The notes under the pieces: model-generated
Seen by the model: only the letters and a program-made list of their open reading frames with translations
What the model was told of the DNA's origin: nothing
Databases searched by the model: none
Source: Diplonema japonicum
Taxonomy: Eukaryota > Protista > Euglenozoa: Diplonemea
Direction of reading: 5' to 3'
Length of the DNA stretch: 64,000 nt
Assembly: GCA_964019335.1 (NCBI GenBank)
Contig: OZ025743.1
Location: forward strand, 186,001-250,000
Program-made: the position numbers and the translations under genes
Shown here: piece by piece, positions 1 through 11,599 of the stretch
Position numbering within the stretch: position 1 is the stretch's first letter
Layout of the letters: each line of letters begins with the position of its first letter

Positions 1-134
1 ACTCATACACTGTGCTGCCACCCTTCGTGCTCCCGTGATCCGTTGTGGGGTTCCCCGTCACCGTCGTGAAGTTGTTCCGCGACAATGCTGTCACTGCTGA
101 GTTCTTGCCGGTCTATAGGGGGGTTTTTATTTTG

Positions 135-179
<45 letters not shown>

Positions 180-677
180 TACCACACGAGACAGCATCTC
201 CGTTTCTACGAGAGGTTGATGAGGAGGCCTCGGTTCTTGCTTGACATGGTCGAAGCTTCTCCCTGAAAGCTCCACAGACGGAGAGGTGAGGGAAATGTCC
301 CCTGAGGGCCCAAGTGAGTTTTCCAACGGTGTGGCTAAAGGAGTCACCAGACCAGAATTGATGGACCCAGCGCTCGAAAGTGTTGCACCGGCAGAGACGG
401 TGCTGACATCGCTGAAGGCTGCGGGGCCTGCCCTCCCTGGATCGATGGAGAGGAGGCTGCTGACACTGCCACCGGAAGGCACGCTGGGAATGCTCCCCTT
501 GCTCAGTTTACTGACTTCCGACAAATTGTCGGTTCCCACAATGCTTGTCCCCACACCGCTCCCTGCGTAACCCACACCCCCCGAGACCGATGAGGGCACG
601 TGGACTGACACCCCCGACACCTGGGACCCGTCCTTCTCTACCCCTTCTCCAGGTTCTTTTTTAACATTGGGCGGCAT
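1..677 (-). CDS. Ser/Pro/Gly-rich hypothetical protein, 5' part; intron 113-182; continues beyond window start
   Basis: ATG at 677 after an A-rich tract. Removing GTATGT...TAG (113-182) eliminates the poly-K stretch and gives an open frame (TGKNSAVTALSR...) to the window edge. Confidence 0.6.
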
Positions 678-1048
678 TTTCTTTTTCCTTCTTCTTTTTC
701 CCTTTTTTTGGGGGGGGGGCTTTTAATTTTATATAAATAGAGTTACTAAAAAAACAAAAACAAAACAAAAAAAAAAACTGATTTTCTTTTTTCTTTTTTT
801 TTTTTTCCTCCTCCCAATGGATATGTTGTGTCATCATTTCTCGTCCTGCCCCCTTTTCTGCAAGAGGGGGGGCTATGCAAGGTCGCCGGGAATTAAAAAA
901 AAAAAAAAAAAAAAAAAAAACGGTGGAAGAGTTAGACACTGCGAAAAAAAAACGGAAAAAAAAAAAACGAAAAAAAAAAACAAAGAGAGAGAGATTTCCC
1001 TCCCTCTTTTTTTTTTTTTCTCTCCCTTGCGGGGGTCCGTCTTTTTTT

Positions 1049-1811
1049 TTAAAGCGCAGTACCCCTCTCCAAGTTTTGCCGTATCTCGGTGGTGAAGGGG
1101 TCGAAGTGCCTCTTGAGCTTGTCGTTGAACTTTTTGTTCCTGTTTTTTTTTTCTTTTTTTTTTTTTTTTTTTTTTTCCAGACCTGTCATTAATGTAATCA
1201 ACATCGGCGTCTTCATCAAACGCCCTACGGCGCGAGAAGGTACCCCTTCGTGACTCTGTCACTGCAAGCTCTGTCTTCAGCCTAGAGCGCATAGCGTCAG
1301 TTGGGTCATCAACAATGGAATATTCAAGATCGTCTGCCTTAGATGGGTCTGCCTCGAAGAGGGCTTTGTCTTCTTCGTTCTTCTTCTGCAGCCCGTCCCC
1401 AAAGGAGTCGTGTACTCTGTTAATTCTTTTCTTGTAGGTCTTGACCTGCGTGTCTATGTTGAACATTTCCCACCCGTGAGAGGCCTGGCCTTCCTCCTTC
1501 TTTCGCTTCTTCTTGTAACGTTCCTGTGCTACGGCAGCGGTGATTCCCAAATCGCTGTTCCCGGCCTCAGCGATACCATCGGTCACGTCTCTTTCGTGCT
1601 GCTTCTTGCGCTCGAGCCAAGCATCTTTCCTTCTCTTCGCCTCCACAGCCGCCTCGCCTTCCGTCTTCCGTCTTATCTCGTCCTGTGCAGCTACCTTGTT
1701 CACCACCTTCGCCTGGTTCATCTTCGCCCGGAGGTTTTGCAGACGGCGTTCTCTCATCGTTGCCGGGTCCTCCTGCTCCTCCTCTTCTGGTTTTTTGTTT
1801 TCGTCGGTCAT
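1049..1811 (-). CDS. SYF2: Pre-mRNA splicing factor SYF2; join(1049..1139,1183..1811)
   Basis: Removing the 43-nt intron GTCTGG(A-rich)CAG restores the conserved SYF2 C-terminus FSRRR..[37 protein letters not shown]. Confidence 0.92.
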
Positions 1812-1970
1812 TTTTTTTTTCTTTTTTTTTTCTCTTCCCTCCCCGCTTTTTTTTTTTTTTTTTTTTTTTTGATTTTTCCTTTGTTTTGCAAAAAAAAAAA
1901 AAAAAAAAAAAGGGGGTATTCATATGTTGGAAAACACACGGGGGAGAAAAAAAAAAAAAAAAAAAAAGGG

Positions 1971-4286
1971 TCATCCGCGAAGCTTATCGGTAATCGTGAG
2001 CGGGATCATTCGAATGACCTCGTGGATGCTCGAGGCAGCGACAGAAGACTGCCTGAGATCAACAAGGTCTTGCAAACACTCGAGGAACTTCTGCGTGTTG
2101 ATGGTGTCGTGCGTAGACGCGAAGGTGGCCGAGAGCATCTTGACCAACCCTTGCGGTGCGAACGTCTCGGGGCACGTTTGGAAAACCTTCTCCAGCCTGC
2201 TGTACAGATCCAGATGCTGGGAAATCACGTAAGAAAGAAGACACCTGCTCAGATGTGTCATAGAATCCGACAAATCCAAGGACGTGGCATAGTCATGTTC
2301 TTGCGGCACATTCTCCTTGAAATCTTCACCCAGCGCGCAGTTGATCTGAAGCAAGATGTGAGGGGGCTTCCCGGCAACCAGGGATTTCATTGTTGCGGCT
2401 GCCTGTTTCAATCGTACCTCGCATCCGTTCGACGCCTTACGGAGTGCGAATTTCACCACCTTCAACACGTGCTGTACGTCTGTGTAAACCTCAGCAGGTA
2501 GCCCCCCGGAGCACAGAAGTACGAACAGTCTGCACAAACCTTCGTTTTCCTTGAATTGGGTACAATGGTGGTGTAAATTGTATGCTAGCCTTGAGCGAAG
2601 CTCACATTCGGGGTATTGGACAAGGAACCATCGTTGCAAGGCTCGGGAGAAGCGGGAGGGTTGGAACAAGAACGTTGTGCCCAATGGGGGCGAAGGCGGT
2701 CTTGATGTGGAAACGTTTGTTGTTGAGGGCTTCTTCCGACGGGGTCTCCGCTTCGCGTGTCTTGTGGACAACACGCACGCCAACCAACATCCCACAGACA
2801 GAACACCAGTAATCGACGCCGTCATAGTAAGGACACACACTTCACTGGGGTCTTGCTGATTATTCAGCAGTTTCAACGCTTCTGCGATGGCTTGCCTGCA
2901 CCATGTGACGGTGATCTCCCTTGTCCAAAACAGCGAACGGACGGATTTCATCGAAGTTTCGAGAAATGGGAATTTTATCTGGTGCTCGGAGTCGAGCGTG
3001 GGGATATTCTCCGCGGGCGTGGTTTTGACGACTCGTTTGGAATCTTGAACGGATTTCATTTCATTGAGGAAGCCGATTGCCTGACGCGAAACGCTCAACT
3101 CGTCTTCCAACCGGGTGAGATGCTTCTGCTTCGCCTGCAGCTTTGACACAACTTCGTTAAGCACCACACTGCTCGGTTTGTTCACCACAGAAATCCCGTA
3201 TCGATCCGTTAATATCTTTGGGAACTCCGGTCTGGGTGTGTAACGCAATGTTTCAACAGATGTGATCTCATTCAATATATCGGGTGGGTAAGGAACACCT
3301 GTTAGGTCTTCCTCTTCCATTCTTCGCAGTGACTCTGCGTGGTGCGCTCTCTTCTGCAACAATCGTTTTTGCCCCAAAAGAGCGTCTTTTGCAGTGTCAA
3401 GTTGTGAGGTGAGCGTTTGGTTCTCCGCTTTCAACCGTGCTATCTGTTGCTGGTAGGCAACGGATCTGGATTTTGTTTCGTCCAATACATGTCTGGTGTG
3501 TTTCAGCATTGTGTCTTGAACTGCGATGTGCCCGGTTTCCCGTTCTGAAGATTGTAACAATAATGTGTTTTGAGCACCGGTTGCAGGGAGGATGGAATTG
3601 GTTGTTGTTTTCTTCTCGTGTGCGATTCTGCGGAGGTTGGTGCTCACCGTGCCCAGGGCTTCGGTTTGCTCCCAGTACGCCGTTCGAACTTCGTCGTACT
3701 TTGCTTTTTCGTGTAGGATGTGCTCTGCGTACATTTTGAGCTCCGAACGGCGAGAAGCTTCCGTCCGCGAGACACGGTTGGCCATTTCGATCTTCCACTC
3801 CTCCATGTTGATGAGCTTTGAAAGAAGCTTCAGATTTTCCGATTTAACGTCGATAAGCTGTGCGACGATGGCGTGGGAGTCGCGGTCGTAAGGTGTTGTC
3901 TCGGTGTTTGTCAGCTGGTCCTTGTTTGCTACTATGAGCTCTTTGCAATGCCGGCGAAGCCCGTCTTCACTCTTCGCGAGTATCTTGTCCAAATGGTTGT
4001 TCTGCTCTGAGAAGACTTTGCATCGGAAAGCCCCCGCGTGTGCAAGAACTTTTTTCATGTCGCTGGTCATCTTGCTCCTCATCGGTGGACGCGGGTGAAT
4101 AATGGTGCGAGAGTTGCTCGTCGGTGGGTGGGGTTTTTTTTGTGTGGTGCGGTTTTTTATGCTTTTACTGGTGGCCGTGTTCCCTAGACACACCGGGAGC
4201 CCTGCTTTTTTCCGAACCTTGAAGACGGGTGCGGGGTTGCAAATTTCCTCGAAGTTGTGTGTGGTCTCCCATTGGTAGCGGGTCAT
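1971..4286 (-). CDS. Coiled-coil protein, TSNAXIP1-like / flagellar-type
   Basis: 771-aa ORF with a long coiled coil, a YTPRP motif and a C-terminal AYNL...LF...L.G...EVY segment recalling TSNAXIP1. Small in-frame introns are not excluded. Confidence 0.5.
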   Translation of the reverse strand: MTRYQWETTHNFEEICNPAPVFKVRKKAGLPVCLGNTATSKSIKNRTTQKKPHPPTSNSRTIIHPRPPMRSKMTSDMKKVLAHAGAFRCKVFSEQNNHLDKILAKSEDGLRRHCKELIVANKDQLTNTETTPYDRDSHAIVAQLIDVKSENLKLLSKLINMEEWKIEMANRVSRTEASRRSELKMYAEHILHEKAKYDEVRTAYWEQTEALGTVSTNLRRIAHEKKTTTNSILPATGAQNTLLLQSSERETGHIAVQDTMLKHTRHVLDETKSRSVAYQQQIARLKAENQTLTSQLDTAKDALLGQKRLLQKRAHHAESLRRMEEEDLTGVPYPPDILNEITSVETLRYTPRPEFPKILTDRYGISVVNKPSSVVLNEVVSKLQAKQKHLTRLEDELSVSRQAIGFLNEMKSVQDSKRVVKTTPAENIPTLDSEHQIKFPFLETSMKSVRSLFWTREITVTWCRQAIAEALKLLNNQQDPSEVCVLTMTASITGVLSVGCWLACVLSTRHAKRRPRRKKPSTTNVSTSRPPSPPLGTTFLFQPSRFSRALQRWFLVQYPECELRSRLAYNLHHHCTQFKENEGLCRLFVLLCSGGLPAEVYTDVQHVLKVVKFALRKASNGCEVRLKQAAATMKSLVAGKPPHILLQINCALGEDFKENVPQEHDYATSLDLSDSMTHLSRCLLSYVISQHLDLYSRLEKVFQTCPETFAPQGLVKMLSATFASTHDTINTQKFLECLQDLVDLRQSSVAASSIHEVIRMIPLTITDKLRG

Positions 4287-4362
4287 GGTCTGTTGAAAAG
4301 TAAGAAAAGAAGAAAGAAAAAAAAAGAAAAGAAAAAGAAAAAGAAAATTCTATTTCCCTTTT

Positions 4363-5125
4363 TTATTTAATTCTCTGCTCGCTTACCTGCTTCACGGGTT
4401 TTCCATTTTCGAACTTGATGCTGGTCGTTCGGACAGTTTTGCTTCCGTCCTGGTTAGTGACAACCTCTTGGAATTGTTGGGTTCCACCCTCGCCGAAGGG
4501 TGAACCGCCGCTACCTGCACCGCCAAAAGGGAATCCACCCGCAGCACCGGGAAATCCAGGTCCTGCCCCAGTTTTGCCAAAAATATCCTGCAGATTAAGG
4601 CTGTAAAATGCTCCCGGGCTGCCAGGGTGGCCGCCGGTTTGAACCTTTCCATTTTTGACTGCCTGTGTGGGGGGGAATCTTTTTTTTTTTTTTTTTTCTT
4701 TTGCCGCATACATTCTCCAAATCCTGGAATATTTTATTTATGTCCTGCCCGCCAAATGCTTGTTTGAAGATATCTTTTGGGTCCATCCCACTGCCAGGGC
4801 GGCACCCTGCAAAAGGGTTGCCCCCTCTTCCTGGACAGCATCCAGGGCCGCCACCTCCCTGAAACATATCATATTGCTTCCGCTTCTGCTCGTCAGAAAC
4901 TAATTGGTACGCCTCTGACACCTCCTTGAATTTTTTCTCCGCGGTCGATCTGTCGTTTTGGTTGAGGTCCGGATGCCATTTTTTTGCGAGCTTTCGATAG
5001 GCCTTTTTTATGTCTTCCTGCGGTGCCGAGCGGCCCACCCCAAGGACCGAATAAGCATCCCCTGACACCCACCTCCTCCCAACGAACCGCCGTTGTGTCC
5101 TGAAATATGTGTTCATTTGCAACAT
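4363..5125 (-). CDS. DnaJ/Hsp40 with G/F-rich region and possible mitochondrial presequence; join(4363..4662,4712..5125)
   Basis: J-domain YSVLGV...KWHPD...[11 protein letters not shown] 49-nt intron GTATGC..CACAG joins two ORFs in frame. N-terminus is Arg-rich. Confidence 0.85.
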
Positions 5126-5396
5126 TTCTTTTTTTTTTTTTTTAAAACCTTTCCGCAGGGCACATTTAAAAAAAGGGGGGGGGGGGAGGCAGTTGGGTGG
5201 TGCCACTTTTGTCGGGGAAAAAAAAAAAAAAAAGATTACTACTACGAAAAAAAATTTTTGTATTTTATCTCTCTCCCTCCCACCTCTTTTCCTTCCAGTT
5301 TTTTCTTTTTTTTTTTGATTTTTTTTTTTCCTTACAAGGAGGTGAGGGTAGGAGGAAGGGGGGGAATAGGGGGGAGGGTAAATATATCTTTACTAG

Positions 5397-5427
<31 letters not shown>

Positions 5428-5446
5428 ATGAAAAAAAAATTTTTTT

Positions 5447-5698
5447 TCAAATGGTGTATGAGGGGAGATGCTGCACTGAAGCCATGGGGCTGTCGTAAGC
5501 TCCCCTGCCCATGCCTCCCTGGCCAAAGTTCATCATTTGCATCTCCGTGTTGCCTTTCTCATCGTTCTTCATCCCCCATGGTGCTTCTTCGACTACCTCA
5601 GTACTCTTTGGCCGCATTAATTCGTTCTTGATCCGCATTGCAAAGGGCAAGAGCAACAACACAATCAGCACATAGGACACATATGGCATGAAGCCCAT
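5447..5698 (-). CDS. Small protein with an N-terminal hydrophobic (TM/signal-anchor) segment, 83 aa
   Basis: ATG after an A-tract; non-homopolymeric island exactly spanning the ORF; hydrophobic YVLIVLLLLPFAM. Confidence 0.55.
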   Translation of the reverse strand: MGFMPYVSYVLIVLLLLPFAMRIKNELMRPKSTEVVEEAPWGMKNDEKGNTEMQMMNFGQGGMGRGAYDSPMASVQHLPSYTI

Positions 5699-6426
5699 CT
5701 TTTTTTATTTATTTTTTTTTATCCACCCCCCTTTTTTTTCCCTAAGCAAAAAAAAAAAAAAAAAAAAAGAATGGGAGTGGGAATAGGGAGAAAAAAAGGG
5801 GGGGGGGAAAAAGAAATATCACACAAGGGATGGGGTGGGGTGGGGTGGGGGGGATATGTTTATTGACTTGAAACAAAAAAAAAAAGGGTTTCTCCCCTCC
5901 CCTCCCCCCCCTCTCCCATTGGAGGGAAAAGGGGGGCATTACATGTAACCGCATTCTCCTTGTTGACTAGTTACATAGATAAAGGAAAAGGGGTCAACTA
6001 AGAAGAAGAAAAAAAAAAAGAGAGAGAGAAAAAAAAGGGGGGATGAATTTCGACTAATTTTTTATTTTCATTTTTTTTTTTTAGTTTCTTCTAAAATGAG
6101 CAAGGGAAAGGGGAGGGGGTGAACAAATGGAGGGGTTTTTTTTTTCTCTTTTTTTTAGAAAATCAATATGAAAAAAAAAGGGGAGGGGGAACTGCTAGAT
6201 GATGGGTGTTAAGAAAAAAAATTCTATTTCTTCTTTTTTTCTTTATTCTCTCTCTTATCTCCTTTTTTTTTTTTCCTCAGAAAAAAAAATAAAAAAAGGG
6301 GGAAAGGGTTGTTTCTTTTTTTTTTTCTCTCGTTCTTTTCAAAATAAAAAAAAAATTGCAAAATTTTCTGAGCGATTTCAAGTTCGGAATAGCTGCACGA
6401 AAAAAAAAGAAAAAAAAAAAGAGACA

Positions 6427-6461
6427 TTTAAGGGTACCTGCGGTATGTGGCAGGACGCCTG
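6427..6461. repeat. Hairpin repeat family B, copy 1
   Basis: tttaagggtacctgcggtatgtggcaggacgcctg; near-match at 42086-42121 and partial match at 24639-24658; CCTGC/GCAGG stem. Confidence 0.7.
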
Positions 6462-6570
6462 AAAAAAACGGGGGGGGGATAGGCTAGGAAAGTTTTTTAT
6501 CCAAAAAAAAAAAAAAAAAAAAAAAAAACATTGCCTCATGACACAAAAAAAAAAGATACCCACACGCGCG

Positions 6571-6616
<46 letters not shown>

Positions 6617-6617
6617 T

Positions 6618-8003
6618 TCACCCCTCATGAATCGGGGTCATGGCCGATCTCAGCCGATCAACATTCGACCGCTGTGCCACCGAAGTGTTCAGCTGCTGCT
6701 CCTTCGACACAGCCAGGAATATCTCGCCCAATTTGAACAAACCGCGTGCACGACGGTCCCGCATCTCGTTGCTGACATCGTCGTGCAAAAGCTGGAATTT
6801 TTTTTTCACCCCCCCCCCATCCCCCACACCTTGTCAACAGCATTGGCCAGAGTCTTCGCAATATCCAAATGTGTCGCTTCAAACGCCATTTCAATCAGTG
6901 ATGAAGTCACATCCTCCTCCGACTCAGGTGCGTTCTTCTTAAAACCTTTATAAGCTGCGTAACCAGAGGACGCGATCTTTGTGTAAGAAACAATATTATC
7001 GGTTGCAGACTGCGCCTTTGCACACGACGAGTCCCACATAGATAATCTATGCCTGGCGTTCAGCTGATACTCATGCCCAATAACAGCAAGAAGTCTATCA
7101 CCGAAAGAAGCTGTACTAAGGTGCATCGCAAGCGACCGTGCAGCATCGCAAAATGCATCGTCATGACCATCGACAAACGGCCTTAAAAGCGACGTCAAGT
7201 TCAGAGCGATCCTGACCTCCCTCCTATGCTGCAGCGTCTCCAGCTCTTCCCGGGTAAATGACATGTCACCGATGAAGTACAAAGAGTACGACAGTTTCCC
7301 AATGTAAGGCTCGAAAACTTCTGAACCGAATAAACTAATATAAACGACGTCGGGGGACATGGTTTGTTCCGGTGCGTTGACAGCGTCTTTTCCTTCCTTG
7401 TCGTACTTAGCTCGGAGCGAAGGGTCGGACAGAACCTGGTAAGCTTGGGAGAGCTCTTGGAACTGTTGTTTAGCCTCCGGAGCGGGGCATTTGTCCGGGT
7501 GGCATTTCGAAGCTTTAACATAGTATGCTTTTTTGATCTGTATTTCCGTTGCTGTCGGCATGACACCTAGTACGTTGTAGTAGGCCTGATCAGCTACTAT
7601 TTTGTCGCCCGTTTCTTTTTGTGCAGTGTCGGACTTTTTCTGTTCTTCCTCGTATCTTCTTCTTGCGGAGTCCATGATATCTGAGTCGGTGGTGTTTTCA
7701 CGCATTCTGGCTCTTTCGCTTTCTAAGTCGTCGGTGACCCATTTGTGGGTTTCCTTGTCCCATCGTTTTTTACCCGATATCATTTCTTTCATCGCTTCCG
7801 GGGTGTGGTATAGACCTCTAACGGCTTGTCCTGTCCCAACCACCACTCCTGCTGTTACAAGCCCGAAGCATCCCAGCACACCTGCCACCGTTCCCTTCGC
7901 CAAACCTTGTATTCCGTCTTCTTTGTATCCCAACGCTGGGAGAACTGTTAACGAGGCGACGCCGCATACAGTCCCTTTTACTGTGGGATGGGGGTGGGAA
8001 TGG

Positions 8004-8034
<31 letters not shown>

Positions 8035-8265
8035 CATACGTAACGATTTGACGCCGGACGACGCGCCAGCCAAGACGTTTTTGGGCCTGTTGGTAGAGAA
8101 AACGTCGTTTATGTTGACCTGGTCCGCCTTCGGTGCGAGCTTCGACAGCTCGGGAGGAACCGATGGTTTGGGGGGAGAAGATGAAGAAGAAGAAGAAGAG
8201 CTGCCGTTTGGGTTTCCGTTATTTTGGGGCGGGACGCCCGCACCTTCCTCACGAAGGCCGCTCAT
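6618..8265 (-). CDS. DnaJ protein with DnaJ-X domain (Djp1/Caj1-like); join(6618..6791,6830..7980,8040..8265)
   Basis: J-domain YYNVLGV..CHPDK..FQELSQAYQVLSDP; LFGSEVFEPYIG; X-domain end RRARGLFKLGEIF. Two GT-AG introns (38 and 59 nt) join three ORFs in frame. Confidence 0.88.
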
Positions 8266-8745
8266 GCGCGGGTTTTTTTTTTTTTTTTTTTTTGTGCCTT
8301 TTTTTTGTGTGTCTTTTTTTGTGGTTCTTTTTTTTAAAAAAAAAAGGAAGAGAATGGAGGAAATTCTACAGGGGGTGGGGGTGGAGGAGTTGTAACAACG
8401 CAAATAAAAAAAAAAAGAATATTTCAAATTTCATATTATTATTTTTTTTTTTTTTGCAAGAAAAGAGAACAAAATATTCTTCACAAAAAAAAAGTGGCTG
8501 TTTCTATGCAAAGTCTAGGTAAAAAAAAAATATACGGTTTTTAAAAAAAAAAAAAGGGAGGGGTTTTTCTATTCCTTTACCCCACTCTTTTTTTTTTTTA
8601 AACCCATTTTTTAAAAAAAAAAAACTTGTTCTCTTAAAAAGAGCTACACACCAGAGATAAGGGGAGGGGAGGGGGAAGAAAAAGGCAAAAAAAAAAAAAT
8701 CTTTTTTTTTTTTAACACAAAAATGATTTTATATAATAAAGAAGG

Positions 8746-8779
<34 letters not shown>

Positions 8780-8850
8780 CAGTTTTTCCCTTTCCTTCCC
8801 CACTTTTTTTTTTTTTAACACAATGACAAAAAACGCATTACTCATTTTCT

Positions 8851-10377
8851 TCACTTCCCAAACTGTCTCTTCTCCAACTCTGCAGTCTTCTTGAAATTCT
8901 CCGTGATGTCCCTGAACAGGTCAGGATCAGGCACAAACGCAGGTGCTTGCTGTGCAGGGAGGGGAGCCAAGGCAGCGGCTGCTGAAAGCCGGACTTCTGA
9001 GTGTTTCACATATGCCTCGTGGTCTTGATGAAGTTTTTTGTTGGCCTCCTCGAGAAGCGCATTGCGAGCCATGTAGTCTTTGAGGGCGTGGATCAATTTT
9101 TTTTGCTCCTTCTTCGCTTTTTGAAGCTGGTGCCGCTCCTTTTTGTTCAAGCATTGAACGGCGTCCAAAACCCGGGCACCCTCGGCGGCTGCTAGCTCCC
9201 GTTCTTTTTTAGCTTCTTGGACCTCTTGGTCTTTGTACTGCATTTTCATGTCGAGAAGAGCTAGTTTTGCCTCGTTCTTCTTAGCCTCAGTGAGCCTGGC
9301 GATCAATTTGTCGATCTCTCCTCGTAACTTGCCTCGTTCGGCGTTGGATTCTGAGATTTCCCGCTTTGCGTGATCTTCTCTTTTCTCGTGCCGAGTGCAT
9401 TTCGAAACTAGTTCTGTAATCTTAGCTTGCATCTCGGTCCTCATTGTCCGCAAATTGGTGCACTCGGAACGAACAGCTTCCATGTCCTCTTGCATCGCTG
9501 CGTGTTTTGCTCCGATGTCCTTTAGTTGCTTCTTGTGCTCTGTTTGAATGGTTAGAAGCCGTTCGTGCATTTCCCCCATTTGGTTTTGCATGTCCTCACG
9601 TTCCTTTTGTATCTGCGTTCTTGAGGTTTGTTCGAGAGAGGACACTCTTGATTGCAAATTGTTCACTTCGGTTTGCGAGTCTTGGAGGTGCTTTTTGAGA
9701 TCTTTGTTGTCCTTCTCCGCCGCCTTAACACGCGCGTCGCATTCTGTTTTAAACTCTTCCGTTTCGAATTTTTTTTGTAGTTCGACGTCGGCGATTGTAG
9801 CTTGCATTGTGTGTGCTTCAGTGCGTGATTTTAACAATTGTTCTTGAAGAGATGTGACGGAAGAGTTAAGCTTGTTGTTCTCGCCAGAAATACAGGACAA
9901 TCGCTCTCGCAGGGACGTGGTTTCTGATTTTAGATTTGAAATTAAATTGGTCGCTTCGTTCATAGAAATGTCGTGCCTGGCCTTGTCGTCACGAAGGTCT
10001 TGAATGGTACTGGTGCAGTGACGTAGCTCGGATTGCAAGCCTGTGATGTATAATTCGGTATCGGATCTTGTTTTGGCGTTTCGCGACGATGAGCTGCCTC
10101 TGTCTCCGTATAATTTTTGCATTTTTTCCATGTTGTCCTTCATTGCTTCGCATTGTGCGACAACCATTTTCCGTTCGTGGTCGAGCTGCTTGACGTCGTC
10201 CTTGCGTTCGTCTAGGAGGCCGAGCAGCCTGTCGATTTCTACCTTTGCCTGTTCATTGGTCCGCCTTTCGTTTTCAAGATCTGCTTGTTGTTTTGTATAC
10301 CCTGCCTTCACCGCTGCGAAGTTTTCACTGAAAATCTGACAGGTCGGGCATTTTTGTTCGTCTTGACGTGGGTCCAT
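8851..10377 (-). CDS. Long coiled-coil protein (possibly CEP83/CCDC41-like)
   Basis: 508-aa heptad-rich ORF. The CEP83 resemblance rests only on a weak impression of the N-terminus. Confidence 0.65.
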   Translation of the reverse strand: MDPRQDEQKCPTCQIFSENFAAVKAGYTKQQADLENERRTNEQAKVEIDRLLGLLDERKDDVKQLDHERKMVVAQCEAMKDNMEKMQKLYGDRGSSSSRNAKTRSDTELYITGLQSELRHCTSTIQDLRDDKARHDISMNEATNLISNLKSETTSLRERLSCISGENNKLNSSVTSLQEQLLKSRTEAHTMQATIADVELQKKFETEEFKTECDARVKAAEKDNKDLKKHLQDSQTEVNNLQSRVSSLEQTSRTQIQKEREDMQNQMGEMHERLLTIQTEHKKQLKDIGAKHAAMQEDMEAVRSECTNLRTMRTEMQAKITELVSKCTRHEKREDHAKREISESNAERGKLRGEIDKLIARLTEAKKNEAKLALLDMKMQYKDQEVQEAKKERELAAAEGARVLDAVQCLNKKERHQLQKAKKEQKKLIHALKDYMARNALLEEANKKLHQDHEAYVKHSEVRLSAAAALAPLPAQQAPAFVPDPDLFRDITENFKKTAELEKRQFGK

Positions 10378-10463
10378 TTCCCCACCTCACCCCCCCCCCC
10401 TTTTTTTTTACAAATAGGAAAGAAATTCTTTTTAGAAAAAAAAAAAAAATATATTGATAACTG

Positions 10464-10538
<75 letters not shown>

Positions 10539-10542
10539 CACT

Positions 10543-10821
10543 TTAATCCTTCATAATATCTTTTTTTACCACCTGTACCGCGAAGGGTTGTGCCGGGTGG
10601 GCTTTTGTCTCGCCATATTTCTTCTTCATTTTCCCCACCTGTGTTCGTAAGATGCGGCCGCCGAACATGTGCTCCTTGATCCATTTTGCCGCAATTTCGT
10701 TGTCCTTGTTCACCCGCGATCGGAGTTCAATTGATTCTTTCTGCTGAGAGGTATTGACAATAACCTCCAAGTTTGAAGGGAGTTTTGTCCCTTTTGGTAT
10801 CTGAGTTTGACGTTTACCCAT
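10543..10821 (-). CDS. Small basic hypothetical protein, 92 aa
   Basis: ATG (MGKRQTQ) after an A-tract; complex-sequence island bounded by homopolymers. Confidence 0.55.
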   Translation of the reverse strand: MGKRQTQIPKGTKLPSNLEVIVNTSQQKESIELRSRVNKDNEIAAKWIKEHMFGGRILRTQVGKMKKKYGETKAHPAQPFAVQVVKKDIMKD

Positions 10822-11599
10822 TTTTCTTTTTTTTTTCTTTTGTGTGTGTGTGTCTTGGAATGCGGTGGATATTTTAAAAGCTAACAAAAAAAAAATATAA
10901 AATAGGGGGCGGAAAGAAACAAGAAATTACGGGAGAAAAAAAAAAGTGTAAGGGGGGGGGGGGGAAAAAGGGAGGGAAGGGTGGTGTATGTTTTTTTTTT
11001 TTTTTTTTCTTTTCTATCGCCCGTACTTTTTTTTTTTCCATTCTTTTTTTTTTTTTTCTGGGAAACGAAAAATAAAAAAAAAAAAAAAAAGGATTTGAAA
11101 AAAAAAAAGAAACGAAGATGGAAAAAAAAAAAACAGACACATGGGAAGTGAGAAAGCTGGTCATATTTTTTTTCCCCCTTTTTGTAAGTCGTTTTCTAAA
11201 AAATTCCACCCAATATAAGAATCACAGAAAAAAAAGAAAGAAAGAAAAAAAAAAAGAAGAATAAAAAAAGGAGAAAACAAAATGTCAAGACTGCAGTTAA
11301 GAATCATAGGCCGACATTGTCGGAGGAAACAAAATATAAAAAAAAAAAAAAAAAGAGAAAAAAAAAGAGGCCATCATCAGCAAGAAAGGTTTCATTGCAT
11401 GGTGGGCATCGACGAACCCTTTTGGAAGAAAAAAAAAATACGCTGAGCTGTGGGTTTTTTTTTTTTTTTTTGTCCGGGTGTCGGGCACTATGACTCATGG
11501 ATGAAATGCAGTGCATGAAAAAAAAAAAAAAAAAAACGTTGTTGTAAAAAAAGAAAAAAAAAAAAAAAAAAATACACTACTTTTTTTCCTCTTTTCTAT

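Noticed and set aside
10468-10538. ~70-nt A-run (and the T-run at ~20408-20476) as a retrogene tail
   Set aside because: Long homopolymers are ubiquitous here, no TSD is visible, and run lengths may be sequencing-dependent.
11370-11400. Hammerhead ribozyme (GAAA and CUGAUGA on the minus strand)
   Set aside because: Only ~9 nt separate the motifs, too few for stems I and III.
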